This document shows positions 48,167 through 58,771 of a DNA stretch of 64,000 nucleotides, piece after piece. The notes under the pieces were generated by a model that searched no databases, was not told the origin of the DNA, and saw only the letters and a program-made list of their open reading frames with translations. Made by a program: the position numbers and the translations under genes. Source of the DNA: a virus. Position 1 is the stretch's first letter; each line of letters opens with the position of its first letter. The stretch covers positions 21,260-85,259 of the IMG/VR virus record IMGVR_UViG_3300036893_000049; one strand, given 5' to 3'.

Positions 48167-48934
48167 GTGCTGATCGGTCCTCCCGCATCGGCGATCGTCC
48201 GAGACAACAAAGGTGTGTTGCACGTTTGCGGCATTTCCGGCGGCAAGGACTCGTCTGCCATGGCGTTGGAATTGCAAGCGCGGCACCCGGATCGTCCCTT
48301 TATCTATCTCTGCACACCAACCGGCAATGAACCGGAGGCGATGTTTGACCATTGGCTTGCGTTGGGCAAACGGCTCGGCTCGCGCGTTTGGCCGGTGACC
48401 ACGAGTTACAGCCTTGTCGGGCTGATTAAGCATTACAAGGCGCTTCCGAACTTCCGCCAGCGTTGGTGCACCCGCCAATTGAAGATCGAACCCTATGGGG
48501 TATGGATGGCCGCACAGGCGGCAAATGGTCCAGTGGTCTCGTATATCGGCATTCGTTTCGATGAGCCTGAACGCGAAGGCGGCGACTATTCGGCTATCGA
48601 AGGCGTTACCGCGACATTCCCCATGCGTGATTGGCAATGGGCGTTGTCCGATGTTCTGGATAGCCTGGATCGCCGCGGCGTTTGCATCCCCGTCCGGACA
48701 GACTGCGAGTGGTGCTACCATCAGACCTTGTTCGAGTGGTATTCGCTCTGGGCCAACTTCCCTGACCGGTTTGCGGAAGGCGAGGCTTTGGAGACTGAAA
48801 TCGGTCATACTTTCAGGTCTCCTGGGCGTGACACTTGGCCGTCGTCCATGACTGATCTGCGAAAGAGATTCGAGGGCGGGGATGTTCCGAAACAGCGCAA
48901 ACGGGCCACAGCATGCGCGGTTTGTTCCAGATGA
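48167..48934 (+). CDS. PAPS-reductase-family PP-loop protein with Cys clusters
   Basis: ISGGKDSSA, RWCTRQLKIEP, GIRFDE, RTDCEWC. Confidence 0.85.
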   Translation: MLIGPPASAIVRDNKGVLHVCGISGGKDSSAMALELQARHPDRPFIYLCTPTGNEPEAMFDHWLALGKRLGSRVWPVTTSYSLVGLIKHYKALPNFRQRWCTRQLKIEPYGVWMAAQAANGPVVSYIGIRFDEPEREGGDYSAIEGVTATFPMRDWQWALSDVLDSLDRRGVCIPVRTDCEWCYHQTLFEWYSLWANFPDRFAEGEALETEIGHTFRSPGRDTWPSSMTDLRKRFEGGDVPKQRKRATACAVCSR

Positions 48935-49028
48935 CAGGGGGAGGGATGTCGGTTGCCGTCACAACCGCTGGCCGCCCAGACGACCCGCGCTCGATCAAAA
49001 TCCCGTGCAAGATCACCGGGACGAAACA

Positions 49029-49733
49029 CTGAAAAGGACCCAACACCATGACCACGACAGTCCACATCTACTCGTCCCATGTGATGGACGATTGCCGCCT
49101 CGAACTGATCGCGCTGGATGCCACCATCGCGGCCATCACGGTCGCATTCGATGGGCCGACGACGACAATGAAGACCGTCGAAACCATCCTCGATCCCGAT
49201 ATCGGCCATCATCGAATCGTCACGCATCTTGTCCACGGCACGCGGGAACTCGTCCTCCGCGAAGTGAAGCGGGAACCGGCGGCTTGACAGTGACGGTCAG
49301 CGCCAAACCAAAATGCGATGATGCCGAGGTAATGCGGCTCTGGCGCGAATGTGGTCTGCCAGAGTATTTTCTCGGTAATGGCGGCACAAACCATAAACTT
49401 GTCGCGTTCGCCGCACGCATCCAATCCGAAAGGACGCATCACTGCAACATCTGCGGCGGCACGGTCGATCTGACCAACGCGACCGCGCCGACCGTGGGCT
49501 TCGGAAAGACCGGACGATGATCAACTGCACAGCCTACCCCCTGAACGGTTGCGCTCACCCGCAATTCTGCAAGGATCAGTGCAACGGTCGCCCGGTAAAG
49601 ATCAGCCGGGAAACCATGGAGGCGCTGCTGGCTAAATGCCGCGATGACATGCGGCAACTACGCGAAGAAGCGCGACCAAATCGGGCGCTGATGAACGAAC
49701 CGATGACAATCTGAAAAGGACCCAACACCATGA
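49029..49733 (+). repeat. 23-bp exact direct repeat CTGAAAAGGACCCAACACCATGA (49029-49051, 49711-49733)
   Basis: Seen directly; each copy supplies the RBS and ATG of a different gene. Confidence 0.9.
49048..49287 (+). CDS. small hypothetical protein
   Basis: Starts in the first repeat copy. Confidence 0.6.
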   Translation: MTTTVHIYSSHVMDDCRLELIALDATIAAITVAFDGPTTTMKTVETILDPDIGHHRIVTHLVHGTRELVLREVKREPAA

Positions 49734-50248
49734 AACGCCGTTTACTCGCCACCACCGCCTTGGCCGGGCTTGCAGCGCTCGCCGCGTGCAGTCCCGCGCA
49801 ACTCGCCACCGCATCCGCTGATCTGACGAAGGTCGCAACCATCGTCGCGGGTGCCGGCCCATACATTCAAATGGCTGGCACGCTCATCGGCGCACTCTAC
49901 CCGCCCGCAGCACCTATCATCGCTCTGGCAACCGCTGCCCTGACGGAAGTAGAACCGGTGTTCGCGACGATCAACGCGAGTCTGACGGTCGCGAAGACGC
50001 AAACGGCGGTCGGCCAGATTGCGACCGGGTTCGATACCGCGACGGGCTTTCTGCAACAGGCGATCAATGAGGCGCCCCCATCGGCAGGATTGGCGAAATA
50101 CCAGCCTTACGTGACGCAGGCGACTGCCATCGTGCAGATGCTGACCGCCTTCGCAGCGACCGGCGCACTACCCACTCCGGCTCCCGCGGCGCCGACAGCG
50201 GCCATACTGGCTCAGCCAACGGTGCCGGTGAAGATGTGGGGGCTATAG
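49730..50248 (+). CDS. lipoprotein
   Basis: MKRRLL...LAAC lipobox. Confidence 0.75.
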   Translation: MKRRLLATTALAGLAALAACSPAQLATASADLTKVATIVAGAGPYIQMAGTLIGALYPPAAPIIALATAALTEVEPVFATINASLTVAKTQTAVGQIATGFDTATGFLQQAINEAPPSAGLAKYQPYVTQATAIVQMLTAFAATGALPTPAPAAPTAAILAQPTVPVKMWGL

Positions 50249-50479
50249 ATGGTGATGACCGTCTACTACGACACCGAAGCCGATTCCGCTCATATCGCCT
50301 TTCTGGGCGGAATCGGTCCTGGCGAAACCGTGCGTAACGTCCGGGCCGGTGAAGTGACCCTTGACTTTAATGCCGCCGGGCAACTCATCGGTATTGAACT
50401 GCACGATCTCTATCTACTGCATCCAGACCTGGCGCGAGACGCGATTCAGATGCGGCCAATTCGAGAGGGTGACATATGA
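50249..50479 (+). CDS. DUF2283-like protein
   Basis: YYDTEADSAHI...LDFNAAGQLIGIEL. Confidence 0.8.
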   Translation: MVMTVYYDTEADSAHIAFLGGIGPGETVRNVRAGEVTLDFNAAGQLIGIELHDLYLLHPDLARDAIQMRPIREGDI

Positions 50480-51024
50480 TTCTCCCATACGGTTCCGTCA
50501 AGAATTTTACCCACCAAGGTCCCGAGGATCGCCTGGGCTTATGCACCTTTGCGATGCTCTGGAACCACCGAATCCTTCTTGGCGACCCGCCCATCGGCGA
50601 CGGCGGCCTTGAATACGCGGCGAACATGATGGAGGGCGGGTTCAACGATCTGAACCCCACTACGGATCGCGGCGAGCGGGTTGAAGATGCACTGAATTAC
50701 GTCAGGGACCGAGGATGGCCGGGACAGCCGACGCTTCGTATTCAGTCCTGGCACAAGATCGCGCTCGACGACGTGCGGGATGCAATCGCGCGAACCGGCG
50801 GCGCGGAGTCGTGGGGGCTGTTGCCCATGACTGAGGACGGCACGGATTATGACTTCACGGACGGCGCACTGGCCCGGAACGCCCCTGGGGTTCACGCTCA
50901 TGCCGTGTTGTGGGTCGCGCCGTTGTCGTTCGTGACCTGGGGCCTGATAAAGACCGTCTCCCGCGCCTGGACGGAACGCTACTGGCAGGAATGGTTCGAC
51001 GTAACCTGGGAGGATGTGGCATGA
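50476..51024 (+). CDS. possible papain-like peptidase
   Basis: LGLCTFA, HAVLW, VTWG. Confidence 0.5.
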   Translation: MILPYGSVKNFTHQGPEDRLGLCTFAMLWNHRILLGDPPIGDGGLEYAANMMEGGFNDLNPTTDRGERVEDALNYVRDRGWPGQPTLRIQSWHKIALDDVRDAIARTGGAESWGLLPMTEDGTDYDFTDGALARNAPGVHAHAVLWVAPLSFVTWGLIKTVSRAWTERYWQEWFDVTWEDVA

Positions 51025-51221
51025 CCGCTTGGAAGCAAGACGGCTTTGCGCTGATCTCCGACATCTTCCCGCCCGGTGGGCAGAAGATGCCGTTGCTCCA
51101 TAAATTCGCCCCTGGTCGATCAGAGGTCGAATATGAATTCCGCCAGGCGGAAGAATTGCCAGAAAACCTGAAAACGAATATCAGGATCGTGCCAGCGATT
51201 TTGACATTCGAAGGGTGAACC

Positions 51222-51566
51222 ATGAGCTACCCCACCTCGGAATCCGATCTTCCTCGCATGATTAGCGAGACCCGGAAAAGCAAAGCGAAATCTGGCGGAA
51301 CACCATCTCTTTCGATGGCGTCGTCAGCCAGGCGAACATTCGACGAAATATCGCGTTCCTTGCAGGAATTCGCGGTATCGGACAAAATGCTTCGATCACC
51401 GCATCTCATGCGACCATACACAGGGAAATGGGTCGCGGCATATCAGGGCAAGGTTATAGTTGTCTCAGATGACTTGGTTGCCGTGCAATCTCGACTCCGT
51501 GTGGACAAAATTCCCCTGGCGACCGTTGCCATTAGATTCATCGAGAAGGACGGTATTGCCGCTTAA
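51222..51566 (+). CDS. DUF5678-like protein
   Basis: YTGKWVAAYQGKVIVVSDDL. Confidence 0.7.
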   Translation: MSYPTSESDLPRMISETRKSKAKSGGTPSLSMASSARRTFDEISRSLQEFAVSDKMLRSPHLMRPYTGKWVAAYQGKVIVVSDDLVAVQSRLRVDKIPLATVAIRFIEKDGIAA

Positions 51567-51663
51567 AATCAGATGATTCAGTTGTCAATGAATCCTCGGT
51601 ATTATGTAGCAAAGGGCACCTCTCCGTTGTGGCACTAAAAGCTGGCCACCCTATCATGACCGC

Positions 51664-52095
51664 ATGGCCGAACCACACGTCATCTCCGCTCTGAAAGCCA
51701 AGCGCGCCCGCATCGCGGGAGAGATCATCCAGGCCCAGGAAATCGTCGCGCGGCGGACGAAGGAACTGCTAACGATCGATGCGGTGATCCTCATGTTCTC
51801 CCCAGACTGCGATCCCGACATGATCGCGCCGATCCGGCCAACGTCACGCGGGCTGTTCTTCCAATACAAGGAACTAACCCGGCTCTGTCTGACCATCCTG
51901 CGAAACGCCAATGGTCCGTTGACGCTTGACGGTATCATTGACCGCGTGGTGGCCGCGAAGGGCCTGCCGGATGATCCGAGACTCCGCAGGCGCATCTATG
52001 AAATCACGCGGGCCTCACTACTGCGCCAAGCCCAGAGAGGCCGCGTGCGACGTATCGTGGACGAACCGGACCAGTGGTGGGAACTGGTAGGGTAG
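51664..52095 (+). CDS. IS passenger: coiled-coil plus winged-helix-like protein
   Basis: HVISALKAKRARIAGEI; LTILRNANGPLT. Confidence 0.75.
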   Translation: MAEPHVISALKAKRARIAGEIIQAQEIVARRTKELLTIDAVILMFSPDCDPDMIAPIRPTSRGLFFQYKELTRLCLTILRNANGPLTLDGIIDRVVAAKGLPDDPRLRRRIYEITRASLLRQAQRGRVRRIVDEPDQWWELVG

Positions 52096-52167
52096 CGGGA
52101 CCGGATTCGCACCCGGTCCCGCCGTTCGCTATCCTGGGGTTGCCACACCATCCAGGGAGCGAAAACG

Positions 52168-52587
52168 ATGTCGGACCATCAGAGCTTAATATCAAATAAC
52201 ATCCCGTCTGATTTTACAGGATTGGCTTGCGTGCCCCTGGCAAACGGCAATGTGATGGCCTACTTCATCCAAGATGGCAAAAGCCTTGGCAGGTTTGAAT
52301 GCGCGCAGTCGAGACTGGCTGAAATGGCTGCCAATCTTTTGAACGCCGCGCAAAATGCTTCTATCGCCGCTGGCAATCCCACAGTTGATTCGCCTATGCC
52401 TCCTATGGCCGCGCCGATCATATTAGCAAACAGATTTGCGGTGGGTCCGAATCCGGAGACCGGGTTCGAAACATTAGTTGTTCAAGTTGGCGGGGCGGTA
52501 GTGGGTTTTGCCATTCATAGTAGTATTCTGAGTCATCTTGGAGGGGCGCTTCAACTGGCTTCGGCGACGAAAGCCAAGCCAAATTAA
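52168..52587 (+). CDS. IS passenger hypothetical protein
   Basis: GGGAG RBS; lower GC. Confidence 0.6.
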   Translation: MSDHQSLISNNIPSDFTGLACVPLANGNVMAYFIQDGKSLGRFECAQSRLAEMAANLLNAAQNASIAAGNPTVDSPMPPMAAPIILANRFAVGPNPETGFETLVVQVGGAVVGFAIHSSILSHLGGALQLASATKAKPN

Positions 52588-52704
52588 CTTCTTCATTCAT
52601 GATGACAGCCGCTCCTATTCCGTGTATGTTGCCAAACATGGCCCCGGAAGGCTGTCTATGAGGACGTGAGCGGGGTGCCAGCCCCGCCCGTCATCCCCTC
52701 TATA

Positions 52705-53691
52705 TCACGCCACCTTGGCGCGTTGCCAGTAGCCGCAGAAATCCACGCTCGGACGGCACGCCATGGCCAGCCCCGTGATCTGCTGGACCTGCCGCCCGTT
52801 GTCGAGCCGCCGATGATCCTCCCGCCACGCCATTTCCTGGGCATACCGGATCAGATATTGGCCCGCGATGTGGTGATGATGGCCGATTTCCGCCCGGCGC
52901 ATCCGAGAGAAGAAAGACTCCGCGCCGTTCGTATAGGTCCCCGTCCCGGTGCTGTAGAGTTGGCTGTGGTCGATCCGGGAGACCTCATACCGGGCGTGAA
53001 GGTCGTTCCAGCTTGGCGCTTCGTCTGCCATGAGGGTCGAGTCCTTGCGGACGCGGGACCGAATCCATGACGTGGCGGCGGCTTCCGTCTTGAACACAGC
53101 CGGGAGGGTGCGCCCGCCACGCTCGCGGACCACGACCACCACGCGGCGCTTGCCGTTCTGGTTCTTCGCCAGCCGCCGGTCCCGCCGATTCTCTTTGTGG
53201 TTCGCGGGCTTGATGTAGCCGCCGAAATACCCGCCATCGGTCTCGACCGTCTTGCCTTCGCCGCCGATCTGCATCCCCTTCAATTCGGACGCCATCGCCT
53301 CGCGGATTTTGTGGGAAAGGACGAACGCGGTCTTGTATTGCACGCCCAGGTCCCGGCTCAGTGCCAACATGCTCTTGCCCTTGACCTCGTTCACGAAGAT
53401 CGCGACCGCCGCGAGATAGTTGCGGAGGGCCATCTTGTGATGGGCAAAGAGGGTGCCGCTCGTGATGGAAAACGACTTCCGGCACGCCTTGCAGCGCCAG
53501 CGCGGCGCACCGTTCGCCTTGCGGCAGTCCCAGACAATCTCGCAACCACAATGCACACAGACCGGTCGGCCATCGGTATCGTGCCAGCGAACTGCCATGA
53601 AGGCTTGCTCGGCTTCCTGGTCCGTCATCCGCATGACCTGGGTCAGGGAGAGGGTCCGGGCGCGGGAGGAAAGGAGGAAGTGAGATGACAT
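52705..53691 (-). CDS. IS1595-family DDE transposase
   Basis: Zinc ribbon CVHCG/CKAC, HTH, VETDGGYFGG, LMADE, TNGAESFFSR. Confidence 0.95.
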   Translation of the reverse strand: MSSHFLLSSRARTLSLTQVMRMTDQEAEQAFMAVRWHDTDGRPVCVHCGCEIVWDCRKANGAPRWRCKACRKSFSITSGTLFAHHKMALRNYLAAVAIFVNEVKGKSMLALSRDLGVQYKTAFVLSHKIREAMASELKGMQIGGEGKTVETDGGYFGGYIKPANHKENRRDRRLAKNQNGKRRVVVVVRERGGRTLPAVFKTEAAATSWIRSRVRKDSTLMADEAPSWNDLHARYEVSRIDHSQLYSTGTGTYTNGAESFFSRMRRAEIGHHHHIAGQYLIRYAQEMAWREDHRRLDNGRQVQQITGLAMACRPSVDFCGYWQRAKVA

Positions 53692-53775
53692 TACCGTATT
53701 CCGCAATTTGATGTCGGAATTGATAATGTCGCAGAATGCTCTTGTCAACAAGAAAATGCGTATTATGATAACTCA

Positions 53776-54036
53776 TTGTCGGATTTTGGAGGCGGTATGG
53801 GTCTCGCGGCTACGGAGGCGGAACTGGCGGACAAAGCGCGCCGGTTCATCAAAGCCGAACTGAAACGGGCGGATGTGACCTATGAGCAGTTGGCCGAACG
53901 ACTGAAGGCCCATGGTCTCGTGGAAACGAAGGCTTCTATCGCCAACAAGCTGAGCCGGGGCACGGTGGGAGCGACATTCTTGTTAGCTACATTGGCCGTC
54001 CTCGGAAAAGACGGGTTGTGGTTGGCAGACCTGTAA
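53776..54036 (+). CDS. DUF6471-like HTH protein divergent from the transposase
   Basis: KAELKRADVTYEQLAERL...SIANKLSRG. Confidence 0.85.
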   Translation: MSDFGGGMGLAATEAELADKARRFIKAELKRADVTYEQLAERLKAHGLVETKASIANKLSRGTVGATFLLATLAVLGKDGLWLADL

Positions 54037-54082
54037 AAACAGGCATTATCCCCTGGATTCAATCAATCCAGGGGAGCGGAAG

Positions 54083-54802
54083 ATGCAGCACGGTGAACCC
54101 GAATATCGGCGGCGGGCTCGCGAGAAAGCAGTACAAAATCAGAAAAAAGCCGATCAAGCCCGGAATAAAGCTGCCGAAGATGCCAACCACAATGAAATAA
54201 TCGTCGCGCTTGAGGGCATAAACAAGGAACTTGAAAGCGCCGAAAATAAACAGAGCCCCAAAAATAAGCGCGAATTCCGGCTTAAGATAGCGGAGATTTC
54301 TGCCTTGTTGGTGGCTGCTTTCGTTGGCGTGGGAGCGATTGTCGTCGGAAACCTCGACGCCGCGCACCAACGAGACATTATGTTGGATGACCAGCGGCCA
54401 TGGTTGGGTATGGGCTTCGTAGGATATCCTCCAGATGGTCCGTTCCAACTTCAGTTCACCAATGGGGGCAAATCTCCTGCTTTGGATGTAGCGATTTCGG
54501 CTAAAGTCATCCCAGGGATGATCTCTGATTACCCGATACTTCCAATCGGTCGATGTAGCCTCAACTGCAAGGTTGACGGCATCGCGTTGCTCCCTGGCGT
54601 CCCTTACCAGATGGTCTTGCTTAGGGAACAATTCGGTGTCGATCCTAAGCGGTTCATTGATCTCTCGGCATGGATAATTGGACGGGCTGACTACAAGGAT
54701 GCGCATGGAGTTCATCATAAGACCGGGGTCTGCTTTTTCCACCGAGTGGAAACCCATGACCTGATTGCCTGTCCAATCGCCAATAGCAATTACGCAGACT
54801 AA
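54083..54802 (+). CDS. IS passenger single-TM protein
   Basis: Hydrophobic segment then QRPWL...NGGKSPA. Confidence 0.7.
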   Translation: MQHGEPEYRRRAREKAVQNQKKADQARNKAAEDANHNEIIVALEGINKELESAENKQSPKNKREFRLKIAEISALLVAAFVGVGAIVVGNLDAAHQRDIMLDDQRPWLGMGFVGYPPDGPFQLQFTNGGKSPALDVAISAKVIPGMISDYPILPIGRCSLNCKVDGIALLPGVPYQMVLLREQFGVDPKRFIDLSAWIIGRADYKDAHGVHHKTGVCFFHRVETHDLIACPIANSNYAD

Positions 54803-55187
54803 TGCGGCCCACACCGCCCGATGCCACATCACTCACCTCCACCCTTGAAATGGGAAAACAGGCTGGTTCCCGCCAGATTTCGCGTGGTGCCCGCTGCTAC
54901 ATAATACCGTGAATCCTTGACAACTGAATCTCCCGAGCCCGCTGGCGGTGCTGGCGGGTGTCAAGGACCGTCGTCACGCCGCACCCGTTCCTCAGCATCT
55001 ATTTCCTTGTCGATAGCCTCCAAGGCGGCGGACCAATGCGCCAACGCGCGGTCAACTTTATCTTGTAGGATCATCGTCGCTGCTTCAATGTTCTCGTCCT
55101 CACATAAATCAGCCTCGAAACCGATTGAACGGGTACGACTTCGCATACTGCGGGTGCGGCCATAAACCTGGATACGTGTGATTTTCA

Positions 55188-55721
55188 TTACGTGTTGTCT
55201 CTCTCTCCCTCTGACGCGACCTTGGCGGCGAGCGCGGCGCGGAGTGTGTCTCTGGCTTCCGCTGCCCAATCCGATGCTTCATTGCAAGCAGATCGGCACT
55301 CGTCTGGTCGACGCTTGTCCCAGGTACGTTCCGCGATTTCATTGAGAGCGTCGGCCGCTTCACCAGCCGCTGTCTCGATAGCCGTCAGCCGCGCGATCTC
55401 GGCGTCGCGGGCGGCGAGTTGCTCGCGGAGGCTGTCGATCACCAGACGCGCCGCTGCACGTTCCACTGCGACCACGCCTCCCACCGCCGCATCATCGGCC
55501 GGGGGCGGGGTAGCGGGGGAATAGTAACGCCATCCCGCATCGCCCAACCCGCGCGCACCGGCTCGGTCGTCCGTATCGTTAGACCATTGATCAATTTTAT
55601 CACGCCATCGGAAAAGCGAGATACCATTGGCATGGCGCAAGAAATGCCACTTTGTAAGACGATGATCGAGGGGCGGCCGCACGGCCCCATCAGAGTCCAG
55701 CGGTCTCAGTTCATCGGGCAT
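55188..55721 (-). CDS. hypothetical phage protein
   Basis: GAGGAG RBS before MPDELRP. Confidence 0.55.
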   Translation of the reverse strand: MPDELRPLDSDGAVRPPLDHRLTKWHFLRHANGISLFRWRDKIDQWSNDTDDRAGARGLGDAGWRYYSPATPPPADDAAVGGVVAVERAAARLVIDSLREQLAARDAEIARLTAIETAAGEAADALNEIAERTWDKRRPDECRSACNEASDWAAEARDTLRAALAAKVASEGERDNT

Positions 55722-56242
55722 CAGGGTTCTCCTCAATCTCGACGGGGACAATCCGCAGGTCTCAGAGCCCGTTCGTCAGCGCCATCCCGCCACCCCACCG
55801 CATCCAACGCCTCGGCCGCGAGTTTCGTCGCCATGCCTTCGGTCATGTAGCTGCCGGATTCCAGATACCGGGTCTGCACCTTGTCGGCGGCGTGTTTCAG
55901 GTTCTCAGCGGAATAGAGCGGCGCGGTCAGAACAGCGAGGGCGTCCCTGCATCGGGTTTGCCATTCGAGGCTATAGCGATAGGTATCCTTGTCAATCCTG
56001 GCTTGCATGACATTAGAAACCATTCTGCCAACGGTTTCAATCGCTTCAGCGTGTGTCATGTCGTTCTCCTTTGTTTCGCTCTCTGGAAAAACCGTTATGA
56101 AGTGCAGCGTAATTCCAAACATCACCAAGGCAACCACACCCGGAGGAGCGCCCCGGCAGGTGCCGATTCTGTACTTCTTCCTAAGCCATGCCGGTGGGTG
56201 CCGCGGGTCCAGAAAACACAGTTAGAGCATGCCGGTGTGGTA

Positions 56243-56650
56243 TTACTCATTCTCGAACGCCCTCAAAATCACCCGTTCCCGCTCTCTGTGCATCTCGATC
56301 ACAGCGTCTTGCAGTGCGATCTTTCGCCGGTAGCCTTCGATCATTAGTCTGAGTGTTTCATGGGCCACATCCAGGTCGCCGCGGAACAGGGCGTGGAAGT
56401 CGGGGAGGTTTGGGTAGGGGTCAGGCATGTCGTTATCCATCGTTCTGAGTTGCGCGCCGGTCCCGCGTATCCAGGCGCGGAAATTGCCGATTGATTCTAC
56501 GTACGTAGTCCGGAAGGAAATAGTCGTGCGACGATAACAGACTACCGTAATTCCCTCCAGGTTTTTCACAGCCCCAATCTTCCTTGCTGTCCTGGCGCGT
56601 CTCTGAGGTTCCCACACTTGACCCTCGCGCAATTCGATCTGGTTAATCAC
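56243..56650 (-). CDS. hypothetical phage protein
   Basis: GGAGGG RBS; leftward cluster. Confidence 0.5.
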   Translation of the reverse strand: MINQIELREGQVWEPQRRARTARKIGAVKNLEGITVVCYRRTTISFRTTYVESIGNFRAWIRGTGAQLRTMDNDMPDPYPNLPDFHALFRGDLDVAHETLRLMIEGYRRKIALQDAVIEMHRERERVILRAFENE

Positions 56651-57308
56651 CGAAAACCCTCCCCGCGATAATACCGCCGCCGCTTAATGGCCCGCAGAAT
56701 AGACGGCACCGAGAAGGCGATCCAATCCTGGCCGTCGATCATCTTGTGCCGGATGTTGTGACCGAGAATGACACCGCGAAAGACCGAAAAGATGAAACGG
56801 GTCACCGTCCCGCTCCCGGATGCTCGGCCAGCCATGCACTGGTTTGCGCCGTCTCGATATCCATTTGCCGCGGCACCGCATCCCAGAGACACAGAATCAC
56901 CAACACGGCAACCAGGATGCCCGTGGCGACGCTGGAGAGCGTGGAGTAGAGGGTGTCGATGGGGGTGGGGCGGGTCATTTCCAATCTCCCGGACGATACC
57001 CAAGTGACAGCATATGTTTCGGTATAGGCTGAACGCGGAGCCTACATAAACCGTCCACATTGACCCATAGTTTTCCGCCCTCAAGAATTACCTCGACCTG
57101 ATCTTGAGGGTTAGTGATATCTATCATGTTCTGCCCGACAGATATCGTAAATTTCTTATCACCCATGTTCACACTCCTTTACACCGAAACCGCACCGGCA
57201 CTCTTGTATCATCGCAACACGCCACAATCGCACCATGCGTGTCCCGCTCGATCTTCGTATGGCCAGCGCCGGGGCACATCTGGAGGACGACGGCGAGTAG
57301 GAGGGGAA

Positions 57309-57590
57309 TCATCGACCTGGGCGATTACGGGGACGAAGGTGGATGCCGCGAGTCTCAAGGCTGTTGCAGACAGCATCGCCAAGAGCGTGTGTTATGATCA
57401 GAATCCCGCACGCAATCATAAAAATAGCCGCACCCAGCATCATTCCAAGCACCCTCGGCGAGTCGTCTGCCGCGCAGACCCATTGAGCGAATTGATAATC
57501 CGCCCAGGCCAATACGGCAACAATCCCGATCCCGACCGCGCTCTCCGTGATTTCACGGCGCGGTTCGCGGAAGATATTCGATAGTGCCAT
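57309..57590 (-). CDS. two-TM membrane protein
   Basis: GGGAG RBS; two hydrophobic segments. Confidence 0.55.
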   Translation of the reverse strand: MALSNIFREPRREITESAVGIGIVAVLAWADYQFAQWVCAADDSPRVLGMMLGAAIFMIACGILIITHALGDAVCNSLETRGIHLRPRNRPGR

Positions 57591-58288
57591 CACACAGGTC
57601 TCCCTTGGTTTTTTGTATTCATGGCAGCCTCCTGAATCGTAACACATTCCCGGATGCCGCCTGCCGTTCCGCCAGCACCGCCGACTCGCGGGCATCGTCC
57701 ACCAATTCGTCCATTGCGCGATGCGCGGCGTGACAGTCGCGTTCGAGGATTTCGGCTTCCTCGGCCCAGAGGTAAAAACCGGCGGCGTGGAGTTTTGTGG
57801 ACAGGGGGATCATTCCCCACCCGCCCGCGCGAACAACGCGACAACCGCCCGAGCCTGCCGGTCAAGCCGATCGACATATTTTCGCAATCGCAGTATTTCG
57901 GCGGCGCATTCCCTGGGACTCGCGTTGCGGAAACCTCCGGCGCTGTCTGGCTTCCACCAGATGCCGAATTTGAACTCGTCATCGTCAGTCATGGCCGCCT
58001 CGCGGGTCTTCATCCGTTGATCGTTTCGGGACCTGACCGCCTCGCAGATATGTGTCGGAACCAGTCTGTTTCGTCCAGTCGTCTGGTTGCCGGTAGACTT
58101 CTTTGCGCTGTTCGGCTGTCAATTTCTTAAACCTCGCGGCTCGCTTTTGACCGCCTCTTGGGCGTTTAGTCATGGTCGGTGCTCCCACCGCCATCGTTTG
58201 TACGCGGCGACCATATCCTGCATGAGACCAACGAAAATACCGCCCGCCGCACCCGCGAAGAAACAGCTGAAGATAAGTAATACCTCGG

Positions 58289-58771
58289 TCATAATTCGCC
58301 CCTCCTGATCCGTTCAAACACTGTTACCAGATCGGAAAATGTCAGTTCCGCACCGCCATTCTCCGGGCCGCCATGTATCGCGTGAATGCTGTCGCCGATC
58401 CCGATAAGGGGTTTGGCTCTGCGGCAATCTATGTATTTCCAGATTCTGTCCACGGCGGCGCGGTAGTGGGCCTCCTCGGCATCGCGGACAAGCCGGGCGG
58501 CGGCGGCGGCTTCCTCCCCCCGCTCCCACTCTACCTCTGCTTCACGCGCTTTCGCTATGTCGTCGGGATCGACGGAGAGGTAGACAGAACCCCCACTGAT
58601 TCGGCGGCCATTCGCGCGGTGATACAGACCAGCCATCACCGTCAGCCGTTTCGGCGTTGCCTTCTGGACGGATGCAAGCCGATAAAACGGTTCGAGGCCG
58701 CCGTAGCATGAGAATATCATCGCGACCGGGTCACCCTGTTTCAGATCGTTGAGGTTCATTGGTTCAGCCAT
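58289..58771 (-). CDS. hypothetical protein with SH3-like N-terminus
   Basis: LKQGDPV...VQKATPKRLTV; GGAG RBS. Confidence 0.6.
   Translation of the reverse strand: MAEPMNLNDLKQGDPVAMIFSCYGGLEPFYRLASVQKATPKRLTVMAGLYHRANGRRISGGSVYLSVDPDDIAKAREAEVEWERGEEAAAAARLVRDAEEAHYRAAVDRIWKYIDCRRAKPLIGIGDSIHAIHGGPENGGAELTFSDLVTVFERIRRGEL

Larger units (their letters stand above)
51597..54909 (-). mobile_element. complete IS1595-family element (ISNha5-like) with passenger genes, 3313 bp
   Basis: 24-bp TIRs CGGTATTATGTAGCAAAGGGCACC / CGGTATTATGTAGCAGCGGGCACC; 8-bp TSD TGAATCCT at 51589-51596 and 54910-54917. Confidence 0.95.

Noticed and set aside
54041-54053. AGGCATTATCCCC as a possible nested IS end
   Set aside because: No inverted partner or target duplication found.
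57180-57250. CAC-rich stretch resembling a third array
   Set aside because: The 5-nt phase is not maintained and it reads as part of a small - strand ORF.
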